A stretch of 64,000 nucleotides of DNA from Chitinivibrionales bacterium (GTDB lineage Bacteria > Fibrobacterota > Chitinivibrionia > Chitinivibrionales > WJKA01). Of this stretch, positions 19,815 to 30,259 are shown piece by piece; the stretch's first letter is position 1, and every line of letters begins with the position of its first letter. The translations under genes and the position numbers were made by a program. The stretch covers positions 149,860 through 213,859 of the forward strand of contig WJLW01000083.1 in NCBI GenBank assembly GCA_014728295.1, given 5' to 3'. The notes beneath the pieces were generated by a model that was not told the DNA's origin, did no database searches, and saw only the letters and a list, made by a program, of their open reading frames with translations.

Positions 19815-20984
19815 TTAAATCGATGCCGCAAAAATAGCGATTGCTTTATCGATTTCCCGCTGGGTAATTATCAACGGCGGCATGAAACGAATCGTATTGT
19901 TACCGCCTTTGATAAGCATTAATCCCTTACTCATGCACTTTTTGATAATCGGCGCCGGGTCGTCCTTGACCCGCACACCCACCATAAGACCGTCGCCGAC
20001 AACCTCGACAAGCCTGGATCGCCGTGCTGCAAGCTCTTGCAGTTTGCCGGTAAGGTATGTTCCCCTGTCGCAAACATTTTTCAAAAATGACCTTTTGGAC
20101 ACGACCTTGATCACCTCGCCCCCCAGCGCACAAGCCAGCGGATTACCGCCAAAGGTCGTGCCGTGATCGCCCGGAGAGATGCAGGCGGCAATCTCATCGG
20201 TAGTGAGCACGGCCCCAAGCGGCAGACCGCCTCCAAGCGGCTTGGCCAGCGTCATCATATCGGGAATGACGCCGTGCTGTTCGTAGTGCCACAAGGTTCC
20301 GGTGCGCCCGACGCCACACTGGATTTCATCGAATATCAATACGGTTCTGGAGTCGGTTGCATATTCGCGCAAAAAGTGCAGAAAATCTTCCCGCGCCTCG
20401 TTGATGCCGCTTTCCCCCTGAATCGGTTCGATGATGATGGCGGCATATTCGCGTCTGGCAAGCTGCTTTTCGGTTTTGGCAAAATCATTAAGCGGGGCGG
20501 CATAAAAGCCCTTCATCAGTGGTCCGAATCCGGCATGAAATTTTGCCTGTGGAGTAGCGCTCAAGGCTCCGTAGGTTCGCCCGTGAAATGCATCACCGAA
20601 TGAGAGAATGTTGATTTTTTTATCAGATTGCAGCCCCGCCCATTTGCGCGCAAACTTGATTGCCGCCTCAATTGCTTCGGTTCCGCTGTTGCAAAAGAAC
20701 ACCCGGTCGGCAAAGCTTTGTTTGATTAACAGATGCGCCAGGTCGATTTGTGGTTGCATGAAATACAGGTTGGATGCATGCAGGAGCTTTTTGCCCTGCC
20801 GCTCCAGTGCTTTTTGAAGAGCGGGATGGTTGTGCCCCAGTGCATTCACTGCAATGCCGGAGCAAAAATCGAGGTACTTCCTGCCGCTTGAGTCTTGCAG
20901 CCGGGAGCCGTCGCCTTTGACAATAGCGGGCGCGGAACGGGTGTAGGTAGGAACGAACAGATCGTTGGGATTTTGATTTTTCAT
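19815..20984 (-). CDS. argD: Acetylornithine aminotransferase (class III PLP aminotransferase)
   Basis: An ATG at 20982-20984 starts [40 protein letters not shown]. Motifs include [16 protein letters not shown], the PLP-lysine region [17 protein letters not shown], and [10 protein letters not shown]. The gene is adjacent to argG. Confidence 0.85.
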   Translation of the reverse strand: MKNQNPNDLFVPTYTRSAPAIVKGDGSRLQDSSGRKYLDFCSGIAVNALGHNHPALQKALERQGKKLLHASNLYFMQPQIDLAHLLIKQSFADRVFFCNSGTEAIEAAIKFARKWAGLQSDKKINILSFGDAFHGRTYGALSATPQAKFHAGFGPLMKGFYAAPLNDFAKTEKQLARREYAAIIIEPIQGESGINEAREDFLHFLREYATDSRTVLIFDEIQCGVGRTGTLWHYEQHGVIPDMMTLAKPLGGGLPLGAVLTTDEIAACISPGDHGTTFGGNPLACALGGEVIKVVSKRSFLKNVCDRGTYLTGKLQELAARRSRLVEVVGDGLMVGVRVKDDPAPIIKKCMSKGLMLIKGGNNTIRFMPPLIITQREIDKAIAIFAASI

Positions 20985-21169
20985 CACGAGTACCAATGTG
21001 TATGAGGTTAAAGAGGTGTAAAATACATGATCTTTTGTTTTTAAATCTATACATAGAAACAAAGCAAATTAAAGTGCATGTTCATTGCTCATTGAATTCT
21101 CATAAGCCGTTAGTATATTTAATTCTTCCAAAACGAAAGCGGGATCTCATATAACTTAAGGAGCACAGT

Positions 21170-23194
21170 ATGAAGAGTTCCACTCCAATTCCCGTCGTCC
21201 TGGTGATAGGAATATGCGCCGTTTTAAAGGTGGTTGCCGGTACAGATAATATGCCGGTCAAAATCCCGCAGCAGCACAAAGAAATAGAGCATTATCGGCT
21301 CAGAAATCTTATATCCTTCAATGATCTCTATGCAATTATCAATACCGGCAACAAAGCGGGTTTTGCGTTGCAGTGCTCTCACATAACAACGTTGCTGGAT
21401 GGATCGGTTGTTGATCCTCAGAAAATTTACGGTACGTGCTACTACGGCCCGCAAGACTTTGAAGCACAAGAAACGAATTACCGCTACGCCCGTTTTCGCC
21501 TGACATCGACGATACAAAACGGCAAAGCTACGATGCCGGTCGGCAGGCTGCTCGCATCGAAGTATAACAGCGAGGAATGGACCGACGGGGGCCGGCTTGC
21601 CGTTCGATTTGAACTCTACGAAGCTGCGGACGGACCGGACAGGTCGCTGGGAATTTATGATATACGGATGCGATTCAAACAAAAGGACGGAACGTTTATC
21701 CATGCACCCTCACTTATTACCGGCCCCTACGTCAATCTGCTCAACAGCGACCATCCCGATTCCCTGGTAATATCATTTACCACCGACCGAAAAGTGAATG
21801 CATCTGTCGTCCTTTCCAATGGAAAAAAGTACTCCTCATCCGCAAGCGCTGTACAGCATATCATTCCTGTCAACTCTCTTAAGCCCTCGACAAGGTACCG
21901 CTATTTCATCGATCTCAACAACGAAGCGGCTACCCGCCAATTTAGTATTAAAACGGCTCCTCCCAAAGGTGACGCCCGGGTCGTTTTCGGCTACGCCGGC
22001 GATAGCCGCGAAGGGGTGGGGACCGGCGATGAAGCGTTTATGGGCGTCAACCGGAAAGCTCTGCTCCGGCTGTGGAATATCGCCTACCAGAACGGCGCCG
22101 ATTTTTTCGCGATGGGTGGAGACCTGATGAATGGCTACACCAGCGTTGTGCACGATTTTGAAATGCAAATGACGGCGTACAAAGAGGCCATCAGCGGCTT
22201 CTGGCACGAGCGTCCCGTCTATCCGGCAATGGGCAATCACGAAACGCTGCTGCGCGTATTTGACGATGGCGGCAAATACGGACTCTCGCTCGACAGGTGG
22301 CCCTACGCAACGCAAAGTGCCGAAGCCATCTTTAAAAATGAGCTTGTTAATCCCGGCAACGCCCCGTCCGTTTCCGATGCCCGGCGCCCCACGTACAACG
22401 AAAATGTTTACTCCTACGACTACGGGCCGGTGCGAATGATCAGCTTCAACAATAATTACTGGTATGCCAATAATCCTGAAAAAACCGGTGGCTCTCCGCA
22501 AGGCTATCTCTTTGATGATCAACTGCAGTGGATCAAGAGGCAGCTTGAGGATGCGCAAAACGACGCGACCGTCAAATACGTTCTGCTTTACGCGCAGGAG
22601 CCGGTCTTCCCTTGTGGCGGGCATGTCAAAGATGCGATGTGGTATCATGGGAACAATGATATGCGTGGCTGGATTAAAGACAAGAAGAGCGGGAAGCTTA
22701 AACCCGCCCCGAAAGGCATCATCGAGGTACGCAATGAACTGGCGAGCATGGTGGCGAAATCCACAAAAGTTGCCGCCGTACTTGGCTCCGACGAGCACGC
22801 CTACTATCGCATCCTGATCGACAAGAACGTCCCGATCGGTCTGCCGGAAAAAGACACCGACAAAGGCAGTGATGTTGTCTGCCGCAAAGGCGGCTCCTGC
22901 TCGCCGATGAAAGCCCTCAAACATGCCACCTGGTACATCACTTCGGGCGGAGCCGGCGCTCCTTACTATGCCGAGGAACAGGCCCCGTGGAATGCCTATT
23001 GGCTTGAGAATCAGAAAAAACCGGGACTATTTTATTATTATTCATCCCAATCTCACCTGATGCTTTTCGAAGCGGATGCCGATAAAATTTCGTGTCGTAC
23101 AATTAATCAATATGGTGAAGTAATTGACAGTGTGGACGATTTGATGGCGGTCAAGCACAGTGATGCAAAGAAATATTCTCCCCGCAAGAAGTAG
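21170..23194 (+). CDS. Secreted calcineurin-like metallophosphoesterase (purple-acid-phosphatase-like)
   Basis: The ATG has an AAGGAG Shine-Dalgarno sequence, and the signal peptide is MKSSTPIPVVLVIGICAVLKVVAG. Metallophosphoesterase metal-ligand blocks are YAGDSREG, GGDLMNGY and PAMGNHE (the GNHE motif). Confidence 0.7.
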   Translation: MKSSTPIPVVLVIGICAVLKVVAGTDNMPVKIPQQHKEIEHYRLRNLISFNDLYAIINTGNKAGFALQCSHITTLLDGSVVDPQKIYGTCYYGPQDFEAQETNYRYARFRLTSTIQNGKATMPVGRLLASKYNSEEWTDGGRLAVRFELYEAADGPDRSLGIYDIRMRFKQKDGTFIHAPSLITGPYVNLLNSDHPDSLVISFTTDRKVNASVVLSNGKKYSSSASAVQHIIPVNSLKPSTRYRYFIDLNNEAATRQFSIKTAPPKGDARVVFGYAGDSREGVGTGDEAFMGVNRKALLRLWNIAYQNGADFFAMGGDLMNGYTSVVHDFEMQMTAYKEAISGFWHERPVYPAMGNHETLLRVFDDGGKYGLSLDRWPYATQSAEAIFKNELVNPGNAPSVSDARRPTYNENVYSYDYGPVRMISFNNNYWYANNPEKTGGSPQGYLFDDQLQWIKRQLEDAQNDATVKYVLLYAQEPVFPCGGHVKDAMWYHGNNDMRGWIKDKKSGKLKPAPKGIIEVRNELASMVAKSTKVAAVLGSDEHAYYRILIDKNVPIGLPEKDTDKGSDVVCRKGGSCSPMKALKHATWYITSGGAGAPYYAEEQAPWNAYWLENQKKPGLFYYYSSQSHLMLFEADADKISCRTINQYGEVIDSVDDLMAVKHSDAKKYSPRKK

Positions 23195-25052
23195 TGCGCT
23201 GCTTACGCTCGTTTGCTGCATAATCGCACAGATTCCTGAACGTGCTCTATACGACATTCAGGGAACTGCCAAATCGTCATCATATAACGGCGAAATCGTC
23301 AAAACATCCGGGATCGTTACTGCAGATTTTCAGGACAGTCTGCAACTCAGCGGGTATTTCCTGCAGGATTCGGCCGGAGACGGGGACAGTACGACGTCAG
23401 ACGGCATTTTTGTCTATGATCCGGGCGGGATTGATGTCAACCCGGGCGATTACATAGAAATTGAGGCGACAGTTGCGGAATACTTCGGCCTGACGGAATT
23501 GAAAGATGTTTCGGCGGTGTCGATCATATCGGCCGGGCATGTCATCGAGCCGGTATCCCGTGCGGTACTCGTCGATACTGTGCGGGTGTGGGAACACTAT
23601 GAAGGCATGCTGGTGACGCTACTCGATACAATGCATATTGCGGGTCTTTACAATTTCAATCGCTACGGGCAAATCGTCGCATCAGGGAGTAGGCTGCCAA
23701 TGTCGCCGACACAGCGGGGCGAGCCCGCGGGCAATAATCCGGTATCGGCAGGCGCCGTCGACCTGAGCAACGGCAGAAACCGCCTGGTGCTCGATGACGG
23801 CTCGTCTAAAACATATCAGGCTTCTTTTCCGGGCTATGCAAATATTGCCGCCCTGTGCGCCGGAGGAATACTGACCGGTGTTTCCGGGGTGATCGATTTT
23901 GCCTTTGGAAAGTACCGTTTACATCCGGTATCACTGCCGCATTTAGTTCCCCACAATTCACCGGGAGCTCCGGTATTCGTCGATTACCGCATGTCCGTCG
24001 CCTGCTTCAACGTACACAATTATTTCATCACCATCGACAACGGCACAAACGGCGCCAGAGGCGCAGACAGCGAGGCCGAACGCAATCGTCAGCGAAGCAA
24101 GCTGGCTTCCGCGCTGTTTCAATTGCAGGCTGATATTTTCGGTCTCGTTGAAGTGGAAAACAACGGCGATACGGCGCTGATTGACTTGATCAACGCGCTG
24201 AACGATTCGGTTGGACGAGCCAAATATGCGGCTATTACCGGCCTGGACGATGCCGACGGTGATCGCATCAAAGTGGGCATTGCCTACAACCATCTCGAGG
24301 TAGCTCCCGCAGGCAGCGCAAGGCATATCAGCGATCCGCTTTTCGAGCGCGCTCCCCTCGTGCAACGATTTACCCGCAATGCGACCCCGGATACTCTGCT
24401 CGTTGTTGTTGTGCATTTGAAGTCAAAGAGCTGCCGGGGCGCAACGGGGCTCGATGAAGATCAGAATGATTATCAGGGTTGCTATAACCATCATCGCACA
24501 ATGCAGGTGCGGCGGCTGATCGACTCGCTCGAACGATTCGGCCGGGAGAAAATACTCATCATGGGCGACTTTAACGCCTATCCCAACGAAGCACCGGTTA
24601 AATTGATGGAATCGAGCGGATTCAGCAATCGCGGACGGGGAGAGATCACCTATGAATTCGACGGCGCATTTGGCCAGTTGGATTATATCTTTGTCAATGA
24701 CGCCCTGATGGATGCCTGCAGTGACGGGCAAGCATGGAACATAAATTCACGCGCCTCACCGCTGCTGGATTACAACCTGGAGCATCGTGATTCCGGTTTA
24801 TTCAGCCCCGGCCCCTGTCGCAGCTCCGATCATGATCCCATTGTCGCCGGCCTTTTCGCCGCCCCGGGGCGTATCAGATATGTCGACTACCTGCGCACAG
24901 ACTATTCACCATCTCACGCGCGAAAATTGTTTCGAATAGATGGCAAATTGCTTTTCCCCGGCACAGATAACGGAAAGTTACTTCCCTCTGTCAAAGGGGT
25001 TGTTGTTGTAAAGAATGGTTCCGGCGTGAGCCGGGAGCTTTTGCTCCACTAA
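23160..25052 (+). CDS. ExeM/NucH-family extracellular endonuclease (N-terminal OB-like domain plus endonuclease/exonuclease/phosphatase domain)
   Basis: The signal peptide is ...ALLTLVCCIIAQIP. It is followed by ALYDIQGT, typical of ExeM/NucH. The EEP domain shows NVHNYF, GLVEVENN and a C-terminal SDHDPIVAGL. The first 35 nt overlap the preceding gene in another frame. Confidence 0.7.
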   Translation: MMQRNILPARSSALLTLVCCIIAQIPERALYDIQGTAKSSSYNGEIVKTSGIVTADFQDSLQLSGYFLQDSAGDGDSTTSDGIFVYDPGGIDVNPGDYIEIEATVAEYFGLTELKDVSAVSIISAGHVIEPVSRAVLVDTVRVWEHYEGMLVTLLDTMHIAGLYNFNRYGQIVASGSRLPMSPTQRGEPAGNNPVSAGAVDLSNGRNRLVLDDGSSKTYQASFPGYANIAALCAGGILTGVSGVIDFAFGKYRLHPVSLPHLVPHNSPGAPVFVDYRMSVACFNVHNYFITIDNGTNGARGADSEAERNRQRSKLASALFQLQADIFGLVEVENNGDTALIDLINALNDSVGRAKYAAITGLDDADGDRIKVGIAYNHLEVAPAGSARHISDPLFERAPLVQRFTRNATPDTLLVVVVHLKSKSCRGATGLDEDQNDYQGCYNHHRTMQVRRLIDSLERFGREKILIMGDFNAYPNEAPVKLMESSGFSNRGRGEITYEFDGAFGQLDYIFVNDALMDACSDGQAWNINSRASPLLDYNLEHRDSGLFSPGPCRSSDHDPIVAGLFAAPGRIRYVDYLRTDYSPSHARKLFRIDGKLLFPGTDNGKLLPSVKGVVVVKNGSGVSRELLLH

Positions 25053-26095
25053 AAGGTTTCAACCGGCATACCTTCCAGATGCAGAGATGCATGAATTTTG
25101 TTGAATTCCTTTCCGATATCTCCAACTACTTCGTCTACGATTTCCTGAATAGACTGCTCTTTGGTTATGAGGCCGACGGATTGCCCCGCCATAAGCGAGC
25201 CATAGTCCGTGTCTCCGTCCATAACCGCGCGCCGCAATGCACCGACCCAGTAACTTTCTACCTCAAGCTGTGCTTCAACCCGGCCGATAGATCCGCTTTC
25301 AAGCCTTTTGAGCAGCTCCATCTGCAATTTACTGAAGTCCGCATGGCCACGATTGCGTAAGGCGCGCACAGCTACCACCGGCAGGCGACTGTCAATTTGA
25401 GGCGTCGAGACGGCATCGCGGGCGTTTGCCTTGATAAAGCGCTCTTTAAATTTTTTATGCGCAATACTTTCTGTTGCCACGGCAAACCGCGTGCCAAATT
25501 GAACGCCTGCCGCGCCCATAAGCAAAAGGTGCGCGCACATTCTACCCGATGCCAGACCGCCGGCAACAAAAATCGGCACCTGGTCGAAGTTGAACAATAC
25601 CTGCTGTAGCAAAATGGTCAATGTCACGTGTCCGACATGCCCGCCGGCTTCCATCCCTTCAAGAATCAACCCGTCGACGCCATAGCCGATCATTCGTTCG
25701 GCAATAGACTGGGTAGATGCAAAGGTCAGCACCTTGGCGCCCGATTGTTTGGCAATGCGAATTTCCTTTTCGCGGGGAAACGATCCGGCGAAAATAATGA
25801 ACGGAACGTCCATTTCCTTTACTAAGGCAAGGTGCTCTTTGTAAAGGGGTGCAATGGTGATCAGATTCACCGCAAACGGCTTGTCGGTAAGCCGGCGCGT
25901 TTGCTCGATTTGCCCGCGCAGAATGTCAATCGGCGTATTGCCGCCGGCCAGACATCCGAATCCGCCGGCATTCGATACGCCCGAGACCAGCTTCGGTTCG
26001 CTGACCCAGGTCATTGCGCCGCACATGACGGGGTAGTGCGTCCCCAGAAAATCCCGACCGCGCTTGAAGAATTTGTCTACAATCGCATTGTTCAT
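25049..26095 (-). CDS. Nitronate monooxygenase / FabK-like FMN-dependent enoyl-ACP reductase II family protein
   Basis: HYPVMCGAMTWVSEPKLVSGVSNAGGFGCLAGG and VDGLILEGMEAGGHVG are the NMO/FabK TIM-barrel FMN-binding motifs. Confidence 0.75.
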   Translation of the reverse strand: MNNAIVDKFFKRGRDFLGTHYPVMCGAMTWVSEPKLVSGVSNAGGFGCLAGGNTPIDILRGQIEQTRRLTDKPFAVNLITIAPLYKEHLALVKEMDVPFIIFAGSFPREKEIRIAKQSGAKVLTFASTQSIAERMIGYGVDGLILEGMEAGGHVGHVTLTILLQQVLFNFDQVPIFVAGGLASGRMCAHLLLMGAAGVQFGTRFAVATESIAHKKFKERFIKANARDAVSTPQIDSRLPVVAVRALRNRGHADFSKLQMELLKRLESGSIGRVEAQLEVESYWVGALRRAVMDGDTDYGSLMAGQSVGLITKEQSIQEIVDEVVGDIGKEFNKIHASLHLEGMPVETF

Positions 26096-26224
26096 AGTGT
26101 TCCTCGCAAGTATATGTCAACGTGCGCTGTTCAATTGTTACCGAAATATAATCTCAGTCTGCATTTTGCTCAAATGAGCCTGTTGAACCAATGCGGCGAA
26201 GAGATGAAAATCGATGAGCGCGTC

Positions 26225-27202
26225 TTAGGAGCGCGCAAAGACAGCATAAAATCGAGAGCGAATCGCCTCATCCCCCCGTTGCGCCACAACCACCTGCAGG
26301 CGCTCGACGAGCTTTTCATCATGCCCATAGGAGCTGAGCGCTTCGAGTGCGTGGTGTGCACTTGCCACCTCCTCATTGGCAACGGCATCTATCAGAAAGC
26401 CAAGTGCCTCATCGGTGCGAATCAAGGCGACGGCAATGAGTAAAGTCCGTTTCCACTCCGTATTAAACGTGTGTGCATAAACGTTACGCAACGCGTCCAG
26501 CGCCGGTGCGACACGGGATTCGCCTAACGCAAAGGCCGCTTCCTCAGCAATGGCAGGATTTTTATCCTCTAAGTACCGTGCGACAAAATCGAATGACTGG
26601 TGCGGATTAATGCCCATCAATGCCGAAAAGCAGGTTCCGACGACGTCCTCGACAAGCTCACCGGCCAGAATGCGCGCCCGCAAGATCAGCTCGGAAGATT
26701 CGGTTCCCATGAATGCCAGAGCCCGCGCCGCTCCCGAACGCGCCCGGGGTTCCGAATCGTAAAGCAAGTCCGTCAATTCATAGTAGATGCCAGCATACCC
26801 GCTTCCGGCCAGCGCGGTTGCGGAAATTGCACGCAGCTCGCCGGCAGTATCGGTTGAGCCGCCCCACGAGGGTTCATATTGCCTGCAGTGAATGCCCTTG
26901 AGAAAAATGCCGCAGTCGACGCAGTTTAGTTCGTCAAGCGCAGTGGTTATAGCGGTTTTGGCATGGCAGAGTTTATCGGTTTTTTCGCCCTCAATGAGAA
27001 AACGTTCGAAGGCGGCAATCAGTTGGGGCGTGTGGGCGGTCAGTTCATGCATTTGTACTGCTTTTGCGGCTTTGGCAACAAGCAGGTTTTGTTTGCTTTC
27101 GAGTGCTTTGGCAATTTCGGATTCGGCGGTGGGGGTGAGCGGAGCGGAGATAATCTGGCTCAGCAGGCGCAGCTTGTCTTTTAATTTTCCGGATTGCGCC
27201 AT
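26225..27202 (-). CDS. HEAT/PBS-lyase-like repeat protein (cytoplasmic)
   Basis: The ATG at 27200-27202 lies 1 nt after the stop of the upstream gene. Several about 30-aa helical repeats are visible: RARSGAARALAFMG, NPAIAEEAAFALGESRVAPALDAL, EEVASAHHALEALSSYG. Confidence 0.55.
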   Translation of the reverse strand: MAQSGKLKDKLRLLSQIISAPLTPTAESEIAKALESKQNLLVAKAAKAVQMHELTAHTPQLIAAFERFLIEGEKTDKLCHAKTAITTALDELNCVDCGIFLKGIHCRQYEPSWGGSTDTAGELRAISATALAGSGYAGIYYELTDLLYDSEPRARSGAARALAFMGTESSELILRARILAGELVEDVVGTCFSALMGINPHQSFDFVARYLEDKNPAIAEEAAFALGESRVAPALDALRNVYAHTFNTEWKRTLLIAVALIRTDEALGFLIDAVANEEVASAHHALEALSSYGHDEKLVERLQVVVAQRGDEAIRSRFYAVFARS

Positions 27203-27203
27203 T

Positions 27204-27878
27204 TCACTCAACCGGCGCCGGATGAACCGGCAGCACGGGGCGCAACGGCTCTTCGGGGTCTTCCTGCTGCGAAGTGACAAAAAGTGCAATCCCCGCCGCG
27301 CCCGCGCCGATAACACCGGCCCCGATCAGCGACCACGTTACAATCTTTTTTGTCGTCTGATCATAGGCGTACAGCTCCTTGCGGGCCGCTTTGCTCTCCG
27401 GCCAGGGAAGCGTGAAGTTTACCTGCCGGAAGTAGGGGCTTTCAACCTGCAACGTCTTGGGCCGGGGAGGTGGAGAACATTCAACCGTAACCTCGAGGTT
27501 AAATTGCCAATCCGGATTCATTCCCTTAATCGCTGCGTTTTTGTCAACTCTTTTCGGCGCTACTTGTATCCCCCTCAACGGCCCGGCATTTACCTCGGGA
27601 TAGGCGCCGAACTTGGTTTCGGCATCTAAAAATTCAATTACTATTTTCTCGCCCCGAGTATCGACATTGTAAAAAAACTGAGGATGCTTGTCGGAGAAGT
27701 TGAATGAAAGCGTATACAGCGAATCACCGGCCTTGTTGGCGGACGGGATAAAGTCAACGCTGAAAAGCTCGGTCAATATCGTATCCGGACGGACAGGGTA
27801 AATCGACCCATCCGATTCCTGCGCGCGGATCGGCAAACAAACTGCGAACATGATCGCTATCAGAATAGTCCTGTGCAT
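27204..27878 (-). CDS. Type-I single-pass membrane protein of unknown function (signal peptide, extracytoplasmic domain, C-terminal TM helix, acidic/Pro-rich tail)
   Basis: The N-terminus MHRTILIAIMFAVCLPIRAQ is a signal peptide. The C-terminal helix is WSLIGAGVIGAGAAGIALFV, followed by QQEDPEEPLRPVLPVHPAPVE. A 12-nt gap separates it from the upstream gene. Confidence 0.45.
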   Translation of the reverse strand: MHRTILIAIMFAVCLPIRAQESDGSIYPVRPDTILTELFSVDFIPSANKAGDSLYTLSFNFSDKHPQFFYNVDTRGEKIVIEFLDAETKFGAYPEVNAGPLRGIQVAPKRVDKNAAIKGMNPDWQFNLEVTVECSPPPRPKTLQVESPYFRQVNFTLPWPESKAARKELYAYDQTTKKIVTWSLIGAGVIGAGAAGIALFVTSQQEDPEEPLRPVLPVHPAPVE

Positions 27879-27890
27879 AGTCAGTCCCGC

Positions 27891-30017
27891 CTACTTCATA
27901 ATGGGAAACGAAATTTTGTGAATCCGGACATGATCGGCATGCTTGTCACGCACCACTATCTGCCCAAAGTACATACCCGCCGGAAACGACTCGGAAAATG
28001 GTATCGACATGTGCAATTGGGCGCGCCGCACGCGCCGGTAATAAACCTGTTCTCCCTTTGCAGAATACAGCTCAAACGTGATGTGCTCTGCATATTCAGG
28101 TACATTCAGGTCGATGCGTATGCGTCCCGCGCTTTCGGCATAAACAACCGATTCGATCTCAAAGCGATCATGTGCGGGTGACGGCGCCCGCCCGATGAAG
28201 GCATGGTTGCCGATCACCAGATTGTACACCGCCTCTTTTCGGGCAGGCAGTGACAAAGTAAAGGTGTCGCCCGTACTCACAACCTTTCCGGCTTCTGATT
28301 GCAGGGCATATTCAATTCCCGCCGGCAGTTGCGACAACGTCTCGAAAGCACCGCTTATTTCCCCGGCCCGGGATTCTCCGTTGTAAAAGCGCACCGGTAG
28401 TACTGCTTCGGATTGGTTCGGACTCAAAAACCGGACGGACGCGCCGTCATTACCGTCTGGAAAGTATTGCTTTGAGCGATGAAATGCCGGTGGTAACGGG
28501 TAGCCGGTCTCCTCACGCCGCTCGCCGCTGCAGACGTATAAATCAGGCAACGGCTTGCTGCCGATTCGCGCGGCTATCCTCAGCGACCACGCCGTAGTAG
28601 AAGTGGTCGCAATGCGCCTGGGCAATGACATTGCAGAGAGTGTCGGCGGAATCCGCAGGGTAGCTTCACTGCCAAGCGGATTGTAAACGGTGTAGCCCGG
28701 ATCAGCGGCGCCGGAAAGCACCTGCTGCAGGCTGTTTTTGCCGGGCACGCCGCCGAGAAAATACGCTGTTGCGTCATAGGTTCCGGTCGCTTCATTTTTC
28801 TGCCAGGCATATACCTGCAACGAAGTGCCGTTTGCACCCGTAGCGCGCATGACGTCGCGAAGGTGAACACCGAATTGATAGGGAATACTGAAGTCGGTCC
28901 ACTGCAACGGCTGCAAGGCAATCTCAAAAGTATCCCGCAGCGAAACGGTTCGGCCTTCCCCGAAATTCAGCCCGATCGGCATTTTCGTAATCAGCCAGAA
29001 CAGCTTGCCGGGGGCAAAGGTAAATACTCCCGCGTTTGCGCTCGAGTATTCAACCCATTTATCATTGGCAAACGTATTGGCGGGGTTGGGATACCACCGA
29101 TAGAGCCGGAACCTGGTGTTATCATAGGCGCCGCCGGTCAGCGCAAAAAGGGCCTGCAACGCGGCCTGAGGCGTAGAGTCGCTGAGCAGGGCCGTCGTGT
29201 GCACCGGTTGAATAAATTCCTGCAGGGTGTTGTAGGGATCGGATGCCAATCGCACGCCGCAGCGGGAAATATCAACCGTGTCGACATTAACCCCGTCGGT
29301 AACTATCAGCAGCATTCTGAAGCCGCTTTCACCAACGCCGATCGTACTTGTCGTCGTGGCGACACGGGCGCAGGTGTCGCTGACTTCACCCGAAGATGAT
29401 GGTGACCCCGCCAAAAGAGCAGCGCTTCCCTTTGCGGCAACAAGCTTCCATGTGCAATTGGAGATATTATCGCAAAGGCGAAACGAATCAACCACCGAAT
29501 TTCCGCCAACGCAATCCGTCAGATTCGACAGCATGGTAATTGCGGGCATAGTCGTATCGATAAAGCAGTGAAAGGGATATTTGAGATTTGTCGTCTTGAC
29601 ATAAACCAGCTTGCGGGCAGTATCGACTCTGCTGTCGTGCTCAACTTTTAGAACCCCCAGGCTGTCACGATACAGCTTGATCTTGAGCGGATCGAGCGCG
29701 ACCGTCGTGTCGTACCGCACGCCAACGAATACCGGCGGCGTTTCACCGGATGACGCAAAGCTCAACGACGGTCCGGCAGGCGCAAACCCCGGCAGGGTAT
29801 CCGGCGCGGCAGACAAAGTGAAGGTATCGTTATAGGGAGCCGTTGACGCAGGATAGCTGATATCTTTCCAGAGCACGGCGCTGCCGCCGAAAAGCGTGAT
29901 GGTATCCACGCCTGCAGGAAAAAAGGAGGCGGTATCCCGAATCGTCCAATCCTGAGTCTGTGCGGCACCGTATACAGCAAACAGCAGTATAAACGCTAAC
30001 CCGATACGGAATTTCAT
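27891..30017 (-). CDS. Large secreted protein with a probable T9SS C-terminal sorting domain
   Basis: The signal peptide is MKFRIGLAFILLFAVYGAAQ. The body is 708 aa and S/T/G-rich. The last about 70 aa (ITFELYSAKGEQVYYRRV...GMYFGQIVVRDKHADHVRIHKISFPIMK) resemble type-A T9SS CTD beta-strand motifs. Confidence 0.55.
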   Translation of the reverse strand: MKFRIGLAFILLFAVYGAAQTQDWTIRDTASFFPAGVDTITLFGGSAVLWKDISYPASTAPYNDTFTLSAAPDTLPGFAPAGPSLSFASSGETPPVFVGVRYDTTVALDPLKIKLYRDSLGVLKVEHDSRVDTARKLVYVKTTNLKYPFHCFIDTTMPAITMLSNLTDCVGGNSVVDSFRLCDNISNCTWKLVAAKGSAALLAGSPSSSGEVSDTCARVATTTSTIGVGESGFRMLLIVTDGVNVDTVDISRCGVRLASDPYNTLQEFIQPVHTTALLSDSTPQAALQALFALTGGAYDNTRFRLYRWYPNPANTFANDKWVEYSSANAGVFTFAPGKLFWLITKMPIGLNFGEGRTVSLRDTFEIALQPLQWTDFSIPYQFGVHLRDVMRATGANGTSLQVYAWQKNEATGTYDATAYFLGGVPGKNSLQQVLSGAADPGYTVYNPLGSEATLRIPPTLSAMSLPRRIATTSTTAWSLRIAARIGSKPLPDLYVCSGERREETGYPLPPAFHRSKQYFPDGNDGASVRFLSPNQSEAVLPVRFYNGESRAGEISGAFETLSQLPAGIEYALQSEAGKVVSTGDTFTLSLPARKEAVYNLVIGNHAFIGRAPSPAHDRFEIESVVYAESAGRIRIDLNVPEYAEHITFELYSAKGEQVYYRRVRRAQLHMSIPFSESFPAGMYFGQIVVRDKHADHVRIHKISFPIMK

Positions 30018-30259
30018 ACATCATCTCCCAATCGCAAAAACATGATGCAACAAAAATCGTTTCTGCAGCTTCCACACACAAAGCCTTTTGCGGCAAATAC
30101 TTATAAATCTTTGCCTCAAGCCGCATCATGCAATTATAGCATACCTGTCATCAACAATTCGTAGCAATTGTCTGCCGGCATTGTTTTTGTGGAAATGTAA
30201 GAACTATCTTTTAGAGTACCCAAACCGTTGTGTTCTTCAGAGTGAAAGGATATCGTGCG

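Noticed and set aside
21836-22924. 362-aa minus-strand ORF inside the metallophosphoesterase gene
   Set aside because: It is antisense to a CDS with clear metal-ligand motifs and a signal peptide. Its composition is artefact-like.
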